Below the pieces are notes generated by a model that was given only the letters and a program-made list of their open reading frames with translations, did not search any database and had not been told where the DNA came from. A stretch of 64,000 nt of DNA, taken from assembly GCA_030141605.1 (NCBI GenBank), contig JAQGDQ010000968.1:1-64000 (forward strand), given 5' to 3'. Positions within the stretch are counted from its first letter, which is position 1. Each line of letters opens with the position of its first letter. Positions 48,646 through 64,000 of the stretch are shown here, in pieces. The position numbers and the translations under genes are program-made. This stretch comes from Tubiluchus corallicola (lineage: Eukaryota > Animalia > Priapulida).

Positions 48646-49332
48646 NNNNNNNNNNNNNNNNNNNNNNNNNNNNNNNNNNNNNNNNNNNNNNNNNNNNNNN
48701 NNNNNNNNNNNNNNNNNNNNNNNNNNNNNNNNNNNNNNNNNNNNNNNNNNNNNNNNNNNNNNNNNNNNNNNNNNNNNNNNNNNNNNNNNNNNNNNNNNNN
48801 NNNNNNNNNNNNNNNNNNNNNNNNNNNNNNNNNNNNNNNNNNNNNNNNNNNNNNNNNNNNNNNNNNNNNNNNNNNNNNNNNNNNNNNNNNNNNNNNNNNN
48901 NNNNNNNNNNNNNNNNNNNNNNNNNNNNNNNNNNNNNNNNNNNNNNNNNNNNNNNNNNNNNNNNNNNNNNNNNNNNNNNNNNNNNNNNNNNNNNNNNNNN
49001 NNNNNNNNNNNNNNNNNNNNNNNNNNNNNNNNNNNNNNNNNNNNNNNNNNNNNNNNNNNNNNNNNNNNNNNNNNNNNNNNNNNNNNNNNNNNNNNNNNNN
49101 NNNNNNNNNNNNNNNNNNNNNNNNNNNNNNNNNNNNNNNNNNNNNNNNNNNNNNNNNNNNNNNNNNNNNNNNNNNNNNNNNNNNNNNNNNNNNNNNNNNN
49201 NNNNNNNNNNNNNNNNNNNNNNNNNNNNNNNNNNNNNNNNNNNNNNNNNNNNNNNNNNNNNNNNNNNNNNNNNNNNNNNNNNNNNNNNNNNNNNNNNNNN
49301 NNNNNNNNNNNNNNNNNNNNNNNNNNNNNNNN
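48646..49332. other. Assembly gap, 687 N, at the palindrome centre
   Basis: Run of N. Confidence 1.
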
Positions 49333-49486
49333 TAACTCAGACACTGAGTAAAGTGCTGCCTCGCTACGCTTAGGCTATTAGTATTACTTGAGAAAACAGT
49401 AGTTCAACATAATTAATAATAATAATAATTAATATTTCATTAGTTGATTCAGAAGGAAACTATAGTATAGACTGTCAAAAACCTAC

Positions 49487-49583
49487 CATCTGGCCTAAAT
49501 TCAAACTCCAAAAACTCGTGCCCAAACTTTCCTTTATGTCCGACATAATAACGAAGATAAAAGTCAGTATTTGCTGCAGACAT
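49487..49583 (-). pseudogene. MAGOH: Orphan duplicate of mago nashi exon 1 (right arm)
   Basis: Reverse complement of 48395-48491. Confidence 0.85.
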
Positions 49584-49831
49584 TTCTTCTTAATTCCAGC
49601 AAAAACAACAAAAATCTACTATGCAAGAAGAAACGCGTTGCGCGTGGTTTAGAATACGAATTCAACAAGGAATTCAAAAACAAATTCAGTTCAACTCGTT
49701 TCGTTTATTAACTTCCTGGAAACCATGATACACACACACACACACACGCACACTTTTCCATTGCTTCAAAATGGCGTTAAATGACAAGAAAATAGTCAAG
49801 ATACTAGTAGACATATTAAATTATTCTGTCT

Positions 49832-49869
<38 letters not shown>

Positions 49870-51199
49870 TGCTAACGATTTATTTATTTGGAAATACAGA
49901 TTTATAGTATAATATGAAAACGAAATATGTTTATGGGATATATAATATCATATAATAATAACGTATAATATTATATAATGTATGAAACGTATAATAGTGA
50001 TCATGATATTATGACAGGTTGCATATATCATAGATGGAGAAGAATCAGAAATAAAAACTTTATACCTATACCAATGGCAAATTCTTAGGCCAATTTAGTT
50101 TCCACTAAAGTTGTTTTTCAAAATGTCTTTGATTGGGTGGAAGTCAGAAGAATTTCTGTGCCATTCAGTTTGAAGAAAAAAAATCAACCTTGGGGTTTTC
50201 GAGATGATACTTTAATCATATTTCTCTCTTGTTTAAAAAGCACAAGAAAACCTACATCAAGCTTGAAACATAGACTTGGAAATTTTACATCCTTTACATG
50301 TTGTCTTTTTGCATACAGGACTTGGGTCGACAGCAATCCTGTATAAAACTTGTTAATTTAAGCTCCTGTGATGACTGCTAGATGCAGCCATTTTGACGAT
50401 AAGTCAATTGAAACAAGATCAAATAACACTGAGTAAAGTCTGAAAAAATAATCAGAGCTTTTGTACTGCACATGTCACCAATTAACTAAAATAAATTTTA
50501 AATTACTGCAAGTTGTCAATAAGATTAAAAATACGTTTTTTGGTCCGTGAGTGGTGCACCCTGGAGGTGAGTCAATGACATTTTACCAATTGGTGAAAAC
50601 ATTTTAAATAGCTAATACTTTTCGTTTCTAGTTACATAAGTCTTTCAAGCATGTAAGCAAAATGCTAAGTAACTTTGCATGAAAAGTTTTTTGGGACATA
50701 ACTTAACATTTCCTTTTCTTTTCCAGATTTACGTTGTGCATATATGACGTCATGTAATGGCTCTGTCAGAACAGTATTGCGGGAAACTTAAAATGAAAAC
50801 AAACAAAAGATCCTTTCAAAGTGATTATGAAACATGCATAAAATTGCTACAAGTAATATAATTTTTAAGGCGATTTTTCTGAAGCCTACTTCAGGTCTCC
50901 CCTTTCTTGTCCTTTAAATGCCATGCGAGCTGTGCTAAGCTTTCTCACAAAATATTAGAACAATATTTTTTTATGAATTTTTGCGATTAATTGTTTAGTC
51001 TGCTTTGATGACACGAATAATTGTTCTGTTCTGTTGTGTACCATACTCCAAAGAAAACAGTGGCATTACACCCTATAGTTGCACAACAGAGTGCATTATG
51101 CAATTATGTAATTAATCTGCCAGCACAACCCAGAAAAGTTTGTCGATCTTAGCCTGCCTCAATAGCGACAAGATGTCTTACAGCACGGTCCACGATCAT

Positions 51200-51559
51200 T
51201 AGGGGTGAGCATTGAACGTTCGAGTTCGATCACATCAATCACTTGTGCACTTCAATCACACATGTTCTTTATCACTAAAACGATTGAAACATCATGCAGT
51301 TAGCATAATTTAGCTGTGATTTCTGCGCACAATTTTAAACAAATTACTAGTCGTTTTATTGCAGAACAAAATCTAGTGATATGCATGATCTTTGAAAGAT
51401 TAATTTTTGCTGGTGGTTCGAAAACTTGTTCGAAAATCTTTCAATCTCAATTCGAATTCGGTTCGAATTCGAAACACTGAAGTTCGGTTCGATTCAAATT
51501 CGACAGTCACAAATTCGGTTCGATTCGAATTCGCTTTCTGGTAATAATGCTCACCCCTA
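51200..51559. mobile_element. hAT-type MITE, 360 bp, absent from the homologous site in copy 1
   Basis: TIRs TAGGGGTGAGCATT / AATGCTCACCCCTA; TSD ACGATCAT / ATGATCAT; many subterminal TTCGAA/TCGAAT motifs; empty site TCCACGATCATTGAGTG at ~36921-36937. Confidence 0.88.
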
Positions 51560-51599
51560 ATGATCATTGAGTGACGCTGTTTTTTTAATCTTTAATCTT

Positions 51600-53290
<1,691 letters not shown>

Positions 53291-53404
53291 ATCAATGGCT
53301 GGTTTTACAGTCATGTGTTTCCTTCAGTACGAGTAGATGGGCGCCAGTTACTTTAGTTTTACTGTACTTGAGCCCATCTATCCGGTACGCGCTTTGTCAA
53401 GGAT

Positions 53405-54985
<1,581 letters not shown>

Positions 54986-57900
54986 GGGTAAATTATATTG
55001 TTAGGCTATAATAGTTATGCATTTGAGTAACACGTTCACACCATGGCACCTAGGTAGTGTAGTAATATTCGGAACTTGTATATTTGTAATTTATTGTGTT
55101 TTAGCTGAAGTGGGACTGAAAGCAGTCAATGTAAGAGCACTAACTGATATAAAATGCATGAATCATAGCTGATCACTGAGCACAGGAAGCACTTTAGGAG
55201 CCTGTGATCCCAAAGATAGCGTAAAGCAAAATCGGACGATTGATTAGACTCATTCTAATTCGAACTTTCTGTTCAAAATATACATTTTCTTGCTTATAAA
55301 AGTTAGCAATTGTTTCTAATATTTGAATAATTACCATTGAAAGTTAATTAGCGGCAACCGAACACAGCTATTGTTTATGTCACAAACTAACTACAGTTTC
55401 TGCAATGGTAGGCATCTTCCCTGTGCTTCAAGCATGTTTGCGTAAGTGAAGGTTGCTATAAGACGCTGATGCGATGTCACGAAAATGAGCTCTACGTGAC
55501 ACTGCCATTCATGATCATGCTTATCATGGTACTGCACCTATTTGTCAGCTATGCGAATGTCACAAAGCATCATTGCCAGACTTTGTGGATTCGCCGCATC
55601 TTTGAAAGTTTAACAAAAAGTCTAACTATACGAGGTAATTATTCTTTATTCTAAATTTTGACATAAAAAACCTCTCGTAGTTTTCAATATTTTAGAGCAT
55701 ACTTTACTTTGAACTAATATCTACACAATCGTCCGGTTTTCCTTTTAAGGTCCTCGATTTTTAATATTAGTAGTATTTCTGATAGGTCTTAATTTATTAG
55801 TAATCACAGTCGGTCATGTGTTCAAAGTTCCTGAACAAGCTTACGGTGAAGCTTACTTAGCCGCCTGTATGAAGCTTGCTGGCAAGAAGACATGTAAAAG
55901 ACGGACATTTTCCCCAAATCCTTTTTTGCTAAATTTTCATGTTTATAAATAACCATTCATAGTAGAATTTTCCATTTTGCTGTTCTGAAAATGTACCAAT
56001 TTCCTTATGATTGCTCTTTGCATCTGGTTGTCATGGTAACCGTATCTTAATCGTTTCCGTTGGTATCGCATCGATGATCCAGAATGAAGCCAGTGCTGTC
56101 GTCTGCAAAGCTGACGTCTTTATTCATGTCTAAAAGCACAAATTTTCCAGGCACAAAAAGAAATTTTTTGGGTAATTTCAGTTGGAAATTTTGATGAAGT
56201 TTTTCCAAGTTTGCTGTCTGCGCAAACTGTAATGAACTACAGTCAACCTCGGGTATAAGGTACTCGCTTATAAGGGGCATTCGCTTTTAAGGGACGATAT
56301 CTTCAGGTCCCGCGTAATAGAAACCCAGGTAAATTACCTCGTATATAAGGGACCCTATGATCAAAGCGAAATTGATCGATTTTTAACCTCAGTTTTTCGT
56401 AAACTTTTGCAGTTTTACAGAAACGTACAAGTCTAAATACACCCTCGGTCTGACTCCACTTCGGCTATAAGGGACGATTTTTTCCGATTCCGGAGGTGTC
56501 CCTTATATACGAGGTTGAATGTACAATTTTGACAAGTCCGAAGTTTCTGGCAACTAATAAACACTTTATCTTCTGTACATGCCTGCGGTCACCTGTGAGA
56601 CAGTTAGCAGTCACTTGCTATTACATAATGGAAGTCGTGAAAAAATATTAGAGGTACATGGGCTCTTTTCTGTGAGATGTAAGTCGTTCAATAGTCCTAC
56701 ACCCATAATGAAGGTATACACAACAGTTTTGGTATTAATAAATATTTGCATCGCAGGAAAAACGCTTTATCGAGGCGCAGTGGCGGTCAGTGCGATTTTT
56801 AACTAATCCTAAGCAGTGCGTAGATGAGACTACATTTGTGGTGTTTCAGACAGTGTAAAAGTGAAACTTCACGTGTAGTGCAAGCTTTTCTACCTTCATG
56901 TCAACACAATCTTGCAGTAAACTGTTTAAAACAAATCTTTGAAGCGTTGCTAACACCAGGGATGAGAATTTTCCGCTGATAAGCGGAATTCCGAGTTTTT
57001 GGAAGACCAGTAGTGCCATTTTTGTAAATCGCGTAAATTCGTTGAGAAAATTTTTACCGACCCAGTACATTATTTCACAAGCTGACTGCTAGTTGGCAGG
57101 CCGTCACTTTGTTTACATCACGTACATCAGTGTAACCACGTGTATATCTCTATGTATAAAAATATAGAATCAATTATGCGGAGTTATTTGAGTCAATTGC
57201 AGACAGTTTTTATATACTTTTGCATAGGAGCGGCCAGTACTTAGGCGTTTTTGAGACAATTAGTTATCATGTATCCTTGATAGTTGAGTATTTTAAATTA
57301 TACACGAAACAAGGTAACTGATATTTTAAATTTTAAGTCCACTTAGACATTCTCTATGACCTACGCGGCCCCAAAACCCCCGGCCTGTTTTTGCAATTTG
57401 TCATTCTCATCCCTGACTAACACTTCCTTACCGATACAACAAGAAAAGAACTCAATGTTTGCTTGTCAAATTTCCAACAAACTTGCTTGTGCTATTATGA
57501 TTATTATTCCTTCTGCCAAGAGCCTGTTTGTTTTCTCAAACAGTTTGTCAAAACATGCTACACGTTTTTAGCGCTTTGCAACATTGAATTGATTATAACT
57601 CTGTGCGCTTTCAGCGTTTTTGAAAAAAGTTTGGAATCTGTCCAATATTAATAATCGAATATTAAATTGTGTAACCAATGCGTTAAAATGTTCGGTATGT
57701 GATATGGTATTCGTGGCACCTTTTTAGGTGTTTGCTCCCCCCTCCCCCCAATTTTAGAACCTGGCTATGGCACTGTCTATGCTTCTGTGTTTTTGACAGC
57801 TTGCTGTTTGGCTCAAATCCAAAGTCCTGGAGCGTTATTAAGTTTGAACGAGCGCTTAATGTTCTTTGAAGTCTTGCGTACGCAGCGGTCACATTTTAAC

Positions 57901-57999
57901 TACAGGAAACTGAGTGGTTTTAACAATGCATTATTGTTGTACTACTGTACGCGATGTATAAGTCATTCTCTGGAAGAGGTGCTGTCATTGTCGTATTTA

Positions 58000-58385
58000 T
58001 TGTTTGATGGAACTTAAGTACTGACTAGTTAAATTCTATTGTAGTCTAAGGTTCAATTGTTTAATGGAACTTAAGTACCGTAAATGCCATTGTAGTCTAA
58101 GGTTCAATTGTTTGATGGAACTTAAGTTCCGACTAGTTAAATGCCATTGTGGTCTAAGGTTCAATTGTTTAATGGAACTTAAGTACCGTAAATGCCATTG
58201 TAGTCTAAGGTTCAGTTGTTTGATGGAACTTAAGTACCGACTAGCTAAATGCCATTGTAGTCTAAGGTTCAATTGTTTGATGGAACTTAAGTACCGACTA
58301 GTTAATGCCATTGTAGTCTAAGGTTCAATTGTTTGATGCAACTTAAGTACCGACTAGTTAAATGCCATTGTAGTCCAAGGTTCAA
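58000..58385. repeat. Minisatellite with mixed 57-bp and 51-bp units, ~7 copies
   Basis: GTTCAATTGTTTGATGGAACTTAAGTACCG(ACTAGT)TAAATGCCATTGTAGTCTAAG. Confidence 0.9.
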
Positions 58386-58926
58386 ACAGCAACGTTGATT
58401 CAATAATTTTGTTAAACGGAAACTCTGATAGCTCTTGCTTTTAAAACAGGAAGTTGTAATTCTACTTAAATCTTATCCTTTCGAACATTTTCAGGATGTC
58501 TGTCATAAATTCCCCTTGGCTTGTAACATAATTGACAACGCATGTTTAAAACGTGCATCTCATGACGCTAGCCGGGCAATAAAACCTGTTTAAATTCATA
58601 TTCTGTTGACTTTAACGTCTAATAAATCGCATTATACGTGTTAGCATTTGTAGTTAATTTCAAAGAAACGATTATACATGCATTGTTAGGAATTCTAGTT
58701 TAACGTGATGCCTGTTAGCGTAATGCATTAATGTCTCAATGCAATTTGATTTCAGAATTAGTTTGCTAGACAATGTGCCATTTGGAAAGATCGGTATTTT
58801 TTCGATTGTTGATAACAAGTTTGCAAAATGATTAGATAATTCTAGTATAACGAGATATAAGGATCTTGAATTTTTTGCTCTGTTACACGGTCTTTGATGT
58901 ACCTGAGTTATCATTAACAAGCCTTT

Positions 58927-59092
58927 AAAAAGATGGTATGAATTACAAGATGTCTTGATCAAAAGATGGTATGTATTACAAGATGTCTTGATCAAAAGAT
59001 GGTATGAATTACAATATGTCTTTATCAAAAGATGGTATGAATTACAAGATATCTTGATCAAAAGATGGTATGAATTACAAGATGTCTTGATC
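58927..59092. repeat. Minisatellite, 33-bp unit, 5 copies
   Basis: ATCAAAAGATGGTATGAATTACAAGATGTCTTG. Confidence 0.9.
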
Positions 59093-59708
59093 AGTTACCA
59101 GCGTTTGACGAAGTTACCATAGATTTCTTATCCGACATGAATAATAGATGGCAGCACACGTATCTACTAAACGGGCATTAATGTTTTAGTAACTTTGCTC
59201 ATATTGCGTGTCGATCTCAGTGGTTTGTTGTGTAAAATTGTACGTCTGCAGTATAGCATGTATCGCGTGACTATAGTTATTTATTAAAACTGATACAAGT
59301 ACCCTTAATGATGTCATTATATTAACAAATTGTTGCTTTTGTTCAATAATGGAAAAGCCTAATGACACAAATCCAATAATTTGACCAATGTACATTATGC
59401 TGTATGCTGTATAATTCACCTTAGAAACATTTGATAATTTTTTATAAGATAAACATGTCCAAATATCCATGACTGTGTTGCTCAGTAGCTGTAATATCAC
59501 CCAGGATAATGACAATGTATTTGCATGTGTGTGTGTATAAGGTTTTAAGCAATTATTTATCACGATTGTGGACCAGTTTTTATGATACGGAGATGAATGC
59601 ACAGTTTCGTGTTTCAGCTTAGTTTTAAATTGTGATAAGATGTTCAGTTCGGGTTAAATAAAACGTATTTTGTGTGTATAACATTGTTTACGTGTTTTAT
59701 TTGTTTAT

Positions 59709-60097
59709 AATAAACCCTTTCATAGTTTCGTTGTGCGCACGTGCAGTTACTGTAGGTCAAAGGTTAAGTGTGCCACAGCAACGTGTCTCGACTACAACCG
59801 TCACGGACATGTGGGTAAAGCAAAACCGTCTGCCACATCAGTTCAGTAGCTTCAGTTGTTTTATGTTTTACTTAATTATGCGTTAGTCTGTGCTTAGAGT
59901 GATTTACTAGCAGGATCGTGTTTGGGAACAAGGAAAATGAACTAGGTAGGGTTCTAGCCAGCTGTTAAAATTGTTACTATTACAACAGCATGGGCTGCGA
60001 GGCATTGTCAAGTGTACACAAATGTGTTGTCTGGTACACTGAACCTTTGACCTTTTCATGATCATCATCAATCGCTGGAACTGCGAAAAGGCTTATT
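59709..60097. mobile_element. MITE, second full copy of the 2612-2991 family
   Basis: aataaaccctttcatagtttcg ... ggaactgcgaaaaggcttatt; colinear with 2612-2991. Confidence 0.75.
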
Positions 60098-60145
60098 GAA
60101 GTGTTTGTACCTGGAAATGCAGTATATTGCTATATTCACGTCTAG

Positions 60146-60299
60146 GCCCCTTACCTTGTCGCTCATCCACTTACTCAGCATAGTTGATATTATTTAACTT
60201 TGGTGCTAGCTCTTCTCATGAATGTTATAATGTTTACATCGGCCACAATTTTGCGTGGTCATCCAGATTCAGAAACTAAACCATTTTGTACAATTCAAG
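60146..60299 (+). other. Possible internal exon of a 7-transmembrane receptor (TM2-ECL1-start of TM3) with a 1-nt frameshift
   Basis: TCTAG|..CAAG|GTACAG; adding one T to the run at ~60193 gives PLTLSLIHLLSIVDIILTLVLALLMNVIMFTSATILRGHPDSETKPFCTIQG; no other exons identified. Confidence 0.3.
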
Positions 60300-61697
60300 G
60301 TACAGTCAGGCTCTTGAGATTGCTGATTTATTTTACTTACAAGCATGCCTGGGCACTTCACTATTATTTTCTCTGTAACATAATACATCCCTGAGAGAAA
60401 AGCTAATACATTCCTGACTACTAATGCTACTATCTGAATACAACGCGGTTGCTCCCTGGTATTTTGGGACAAAACTTGGGAGGATTATGTTTCCATACAA
60501 TGTAAGCTGAACTAGGCTGTATTGTAGAAACTGGAGCGTTGCTATTATAAGACACCAGATGGTGTTTCTTTTTATGATTCTCAGAACAATATCGTCAGAT
60601 GAGCTGAAAAACTTCAAGCTTTCGGCTAAATTCCTAAAATTTAGCTGTTTTTTTGGCCGTTAGTCTGGAATGTTTGGAAGACAATAAAAAACTTTTTGTT
60701 TGCAAGGAGCACAAGTTCTGCTAACTTAACAAAACAGACAAAAATGATATCACTTCAATCAATAGATGCCACAACACTGTATGTACTTATCCGTAAAAAT
60801 GTTACTTTAAAGATGCACTAGGTTCTTTAAGAACAAGCATATTTTTATAGGTGGAGACACTGTTGCTTTATTACTTGGTCAGCAGTTTATATAACATACA
60901 ATTAAATTCAAAAATAAGATGCTTATAATATAATTAGCTAGAAGGAGTATTTTGCAACAGGTATCTATAGCCAACGATTCATTTTGTTTTCTGCATTAAT
61001 TAATTATTGTTTTCTAATTACTTATACACGCGTGTGACTGCCACCTAGTGACTGGAAAGAAAAAATTTCGGTAGAACATTAGTTTGCATTGATAAACGCT
61101 TATCATTCACACTTGTCTTCACGTTTACGGACATGGATGTGTGGTCAAGTGCATTTGCGTGAGGCTCTTGAGACTGCTCACTCAAAAACACGTTAATACA
61201 GGGTTCAATTCTTCATTAACACATTATCTTTAACTTACAAATACTGAACACGTTATGGATTATAATGCGTACTGTGCAAACTGGTTTATGTGTACAAAAA
61301 ATTCGATAAATTCAGGTATCATGCTAGTGCATAGGCAACATGGGTGCATCGGGTACATTCAATAAGATTCATTTTAAATGAAAAAAACACAGTAATAACA
61401 GCTTAGATCATAAAAAGTAGAATGTTTATTCATCAAGGGGTGATTGGAAAATAGCAATGAGTCACTCATTCTCTAATTATCAAAATTCAAAGTAATAAAT
61501 TTGCATAATACTGGCTGAATTGTGTTTAGTTGCATACAGCATTTAAACTCTTAATGAACAGTGCTGCCACAATATTTATACAGGAAACCTACAAACAAGC
61601 AAATTAATCAGATGCTGTTTACTTTACACTTTTGCTTCACATTCGAGGGATTGATTAGTGAGTTTGAAGAAGTTTGGTGGTAAATAAACATTAAATT

Positions 61698-63906
61698 TAT
61701 TTCTATGAGCTTGACAAAAGTGAGTACTCAACTTAATTCATTTATACAAGCTTGACAATAGTAAGTACTCCATGTAATTCATTTCTACAAGCTTGACAAA
61801 AGTGAGTACTCCATGTAATTCATTTCTACATGCTTGACAAAAGTGAGTACTCCATGTAATTCATTTATACAAGCTTGACAAAAGTGAGTACTCCATATAA
61901 TTGATTTCTAAGAGCTTGACAAAAGTGAGTACTCCGTGTAATTCATTTCTACGAGCTTGACAAAAGTGAGTACTCCATGTAATTCATTTCTACAAGCTTG
62001 ACAAAAGTGAGTACTCCATGTAATTCATTTCTACAAGCTTGACAAAAGTGAGTACTCCAAGTAATTCATTTCTACGAGCTTGACAAAAGTGAGTACTCCA
62101 TGTAATTCATTTCTACAAGCTTGACAAAAGTGAGTACTCCATGTAATTCATTTCTAAGAGCTTGACAAAAGTGAGTACTCCATGTAATTCATTTATACAA
62201 GCTTGACAAAAGTGAGTACTCCATGTAATTCATTTCTACAAGCTTGACAAAAGTGAGTACTCCATGTAATTCATTTCTACAAGCTTGACAAAAGTGAGTA
62301 CTCCATGTAATTCATTTCTACATGCTTGACAAAAGTGAGTACTCCATGTAATTCATTTCTACAAGCTTGACAAAAGTGAGTACTCCATGTAATTCATTTC
62401 TACAAGCTTGACAAAAGTGAGTACTCCATGTAATTCATTTCTACAAGCTTGACAAAAGTGAGTACTCCATGTAATTCATTTCTACGAGCTTGACAAAAGT
62501 GAGTACTCCATGTAATTCATTTCTACGAGCTTGACAAAAGTGAGTACTCCATGTAATTCATTTCTACAAGCTTGACAAAAGTGAGTACGCCAAGTAATTC
62601 AGTTCTAAGAGCTTGACAAAAGTGAGTACTCCATGTAATTCATTTCTAAGAGCTTGACAAAAGTGAGTACTCCATGTAATTCGTTTCTAAGAGCTTAACA
62701 AAAGTGAGTACTCCATGTAATTCATTTCTACCCGCTTGACAAAAGTGAGTACTCCATGTAATTCAGTTCTACAAGCTTGACAAAAGTAAGTACTCCATGT
62801 AATTCATTTCTACAAGCTTGACAAAAGTGAGTACGCCATGTAATTCAGTTCTACAAGCTTGACAAAAGTGAGTACTCCATGTAATTCATTTCTACAAGCT
62901 TGACAAAAGTGAGTACTCCATGTAATTCATTTCAATGAACTTGACAAAAGTGAGTACTCCATGTAATTCATTTCTACAAGCTTGACAAAAGTGAGTACTC
63001 CATGTAATTCATTTCTACATGCTTGACAAAAGTGAGTACTCCATGTAATTCATTTATACAAGCTTGACAAAAGTGAGTACTCCATATAATTGATTTCTAA
63101 GAGCTTGACAAAAGTGAGTACTCCGTGTAATTCATCTCTACGAGCTTGACAAAAGTGAGTACTCCATGTAATTCATTTCTACAAGCTTGACAAAAGTGAG
63201 TACTCCATGTAATTCATTTCTACAAGCTTGACAAAAGTGAGTACTCCATGTAATTCATTTCTACAAGCTTGACAAAAGTGAGTACTCCATGTAATTCATT
63301 TCTACAAGCTTGACAAAAGTGAGTACTCCACGTAATTCATTTATACAAGCTTGACAAAAGTGAGTACTCCATGTAATTCATTTCAAAGAGCTTGACAAAA
63401 GTGAGTACTCCATGTAATTCATTTCTACAAGCTTGACAAAAGTGAGTACTCCATGTAATTCATTTCTACAAGCTTGACAAAAGTGAGTACTCCATGTAAT
63501 TCATTTCTACAAGCTTGACAAAAGTGAGTACGCCATGTAATTCAGTTCTACAAGCTTGACAAAAGTGAGTACTCCATGTAATTCATTTCTACAAGCTTGA
63601 CAAAAGTGAGTACTCCATGTAATTCATTTCAATGAACTTGACAAAAGTGAGTACTCCATGTAATTCAGTTCTACAAGCTTGACAAAAGTGAGTACTCCAT
63701 GTAATTCATTTCTATGAGCTTGACAAAAGTGAGTACTCCATGTAATTCATTTCTATGAGCTTGACAAAAGTGAGTACTCCATGTAATTCATTTCTACGAG
63801 CTTGACAAAAGTGAGTACTCCATGTAATTCATTTCTACGAGCTTGACAAAAGTGAGTACTCCATGTAATTCATTTCTACGAGCTTGACAAAAGTGAGTAC
63901 TCCATG
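61698..63906. repeat. Minisatellite, 41-bp unit, ~54 copies
   Basis: Unit TTGACAAAAGTGAGTACTCCATGTAATTCATTTCTACAAGC. Confidence 0.96.
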
Positions 63907-64000
63907 GCTGGCTAAGCAATTCTTGGTACTTTGTTCTGCTGGTAAATGAAAACATGAAATCAGAAATTCAGCAATGCTGTGACTCACAGGAATCATAAAT

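Noticed and set aside
48634-49344. 233-aa ORFs
   Set aside because: Translations of the N gap
58036-59061. Repetitive ORFs (LSSIKQLNLRLQWHL; LIKTSCNSYHL)
   Set aside because: Minisatellites with unit lengths divisible by three
59186-59602. 138-aa hydrophobic minus-strand ORF
   Set aside because: No recognisable motif, non-ATG start in the track and no supporting exon structure; cannot be supported

Overview
AT-rich, intron-containing eukaryotic DNA, most likely from an invertebrate animal; it is not prokaryotic and contains no CRISPR array. Four housekeeping genes can be assembled exon by exon: DOHH (-, 4 exons, 303 aa), MTG1 (+, 9 exons, 325 aa), mago nashi/MAGOH (-, 5 coding exons, 149 aa) and adenylosuccinate synthetase (ADSS, 2 exons, 440 aa). 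ADSS appears three times. Two intact copies sit on the arms of an ~8.3-kb-arm palindrome (40364-48645 / 49333-57614) centred on a 687-N gap. A third, slightly divergent copy decays into indel noise at its 3' end. An assembly or haplotype artefact explains this most simply, but a real inverted triplication is not excluded. The rest is dense with unrelated minisatellites (27-114 bp units), microsatellites, non-autonomous DNA transposons (hAT, Tc1/pogo, Kolobok-like), RTE-X-like LINE remnants and two SINEs in MTG1 introns. The most interesting candidates are a 5S rRNA-headed SINE with an RTE-like body, an array of decoy splice donors in MTG1 intron 1, and possible 3'-UTR introns in mago nashi (EJC/NMD feedback). 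All calls were made by eye, with no database searches.
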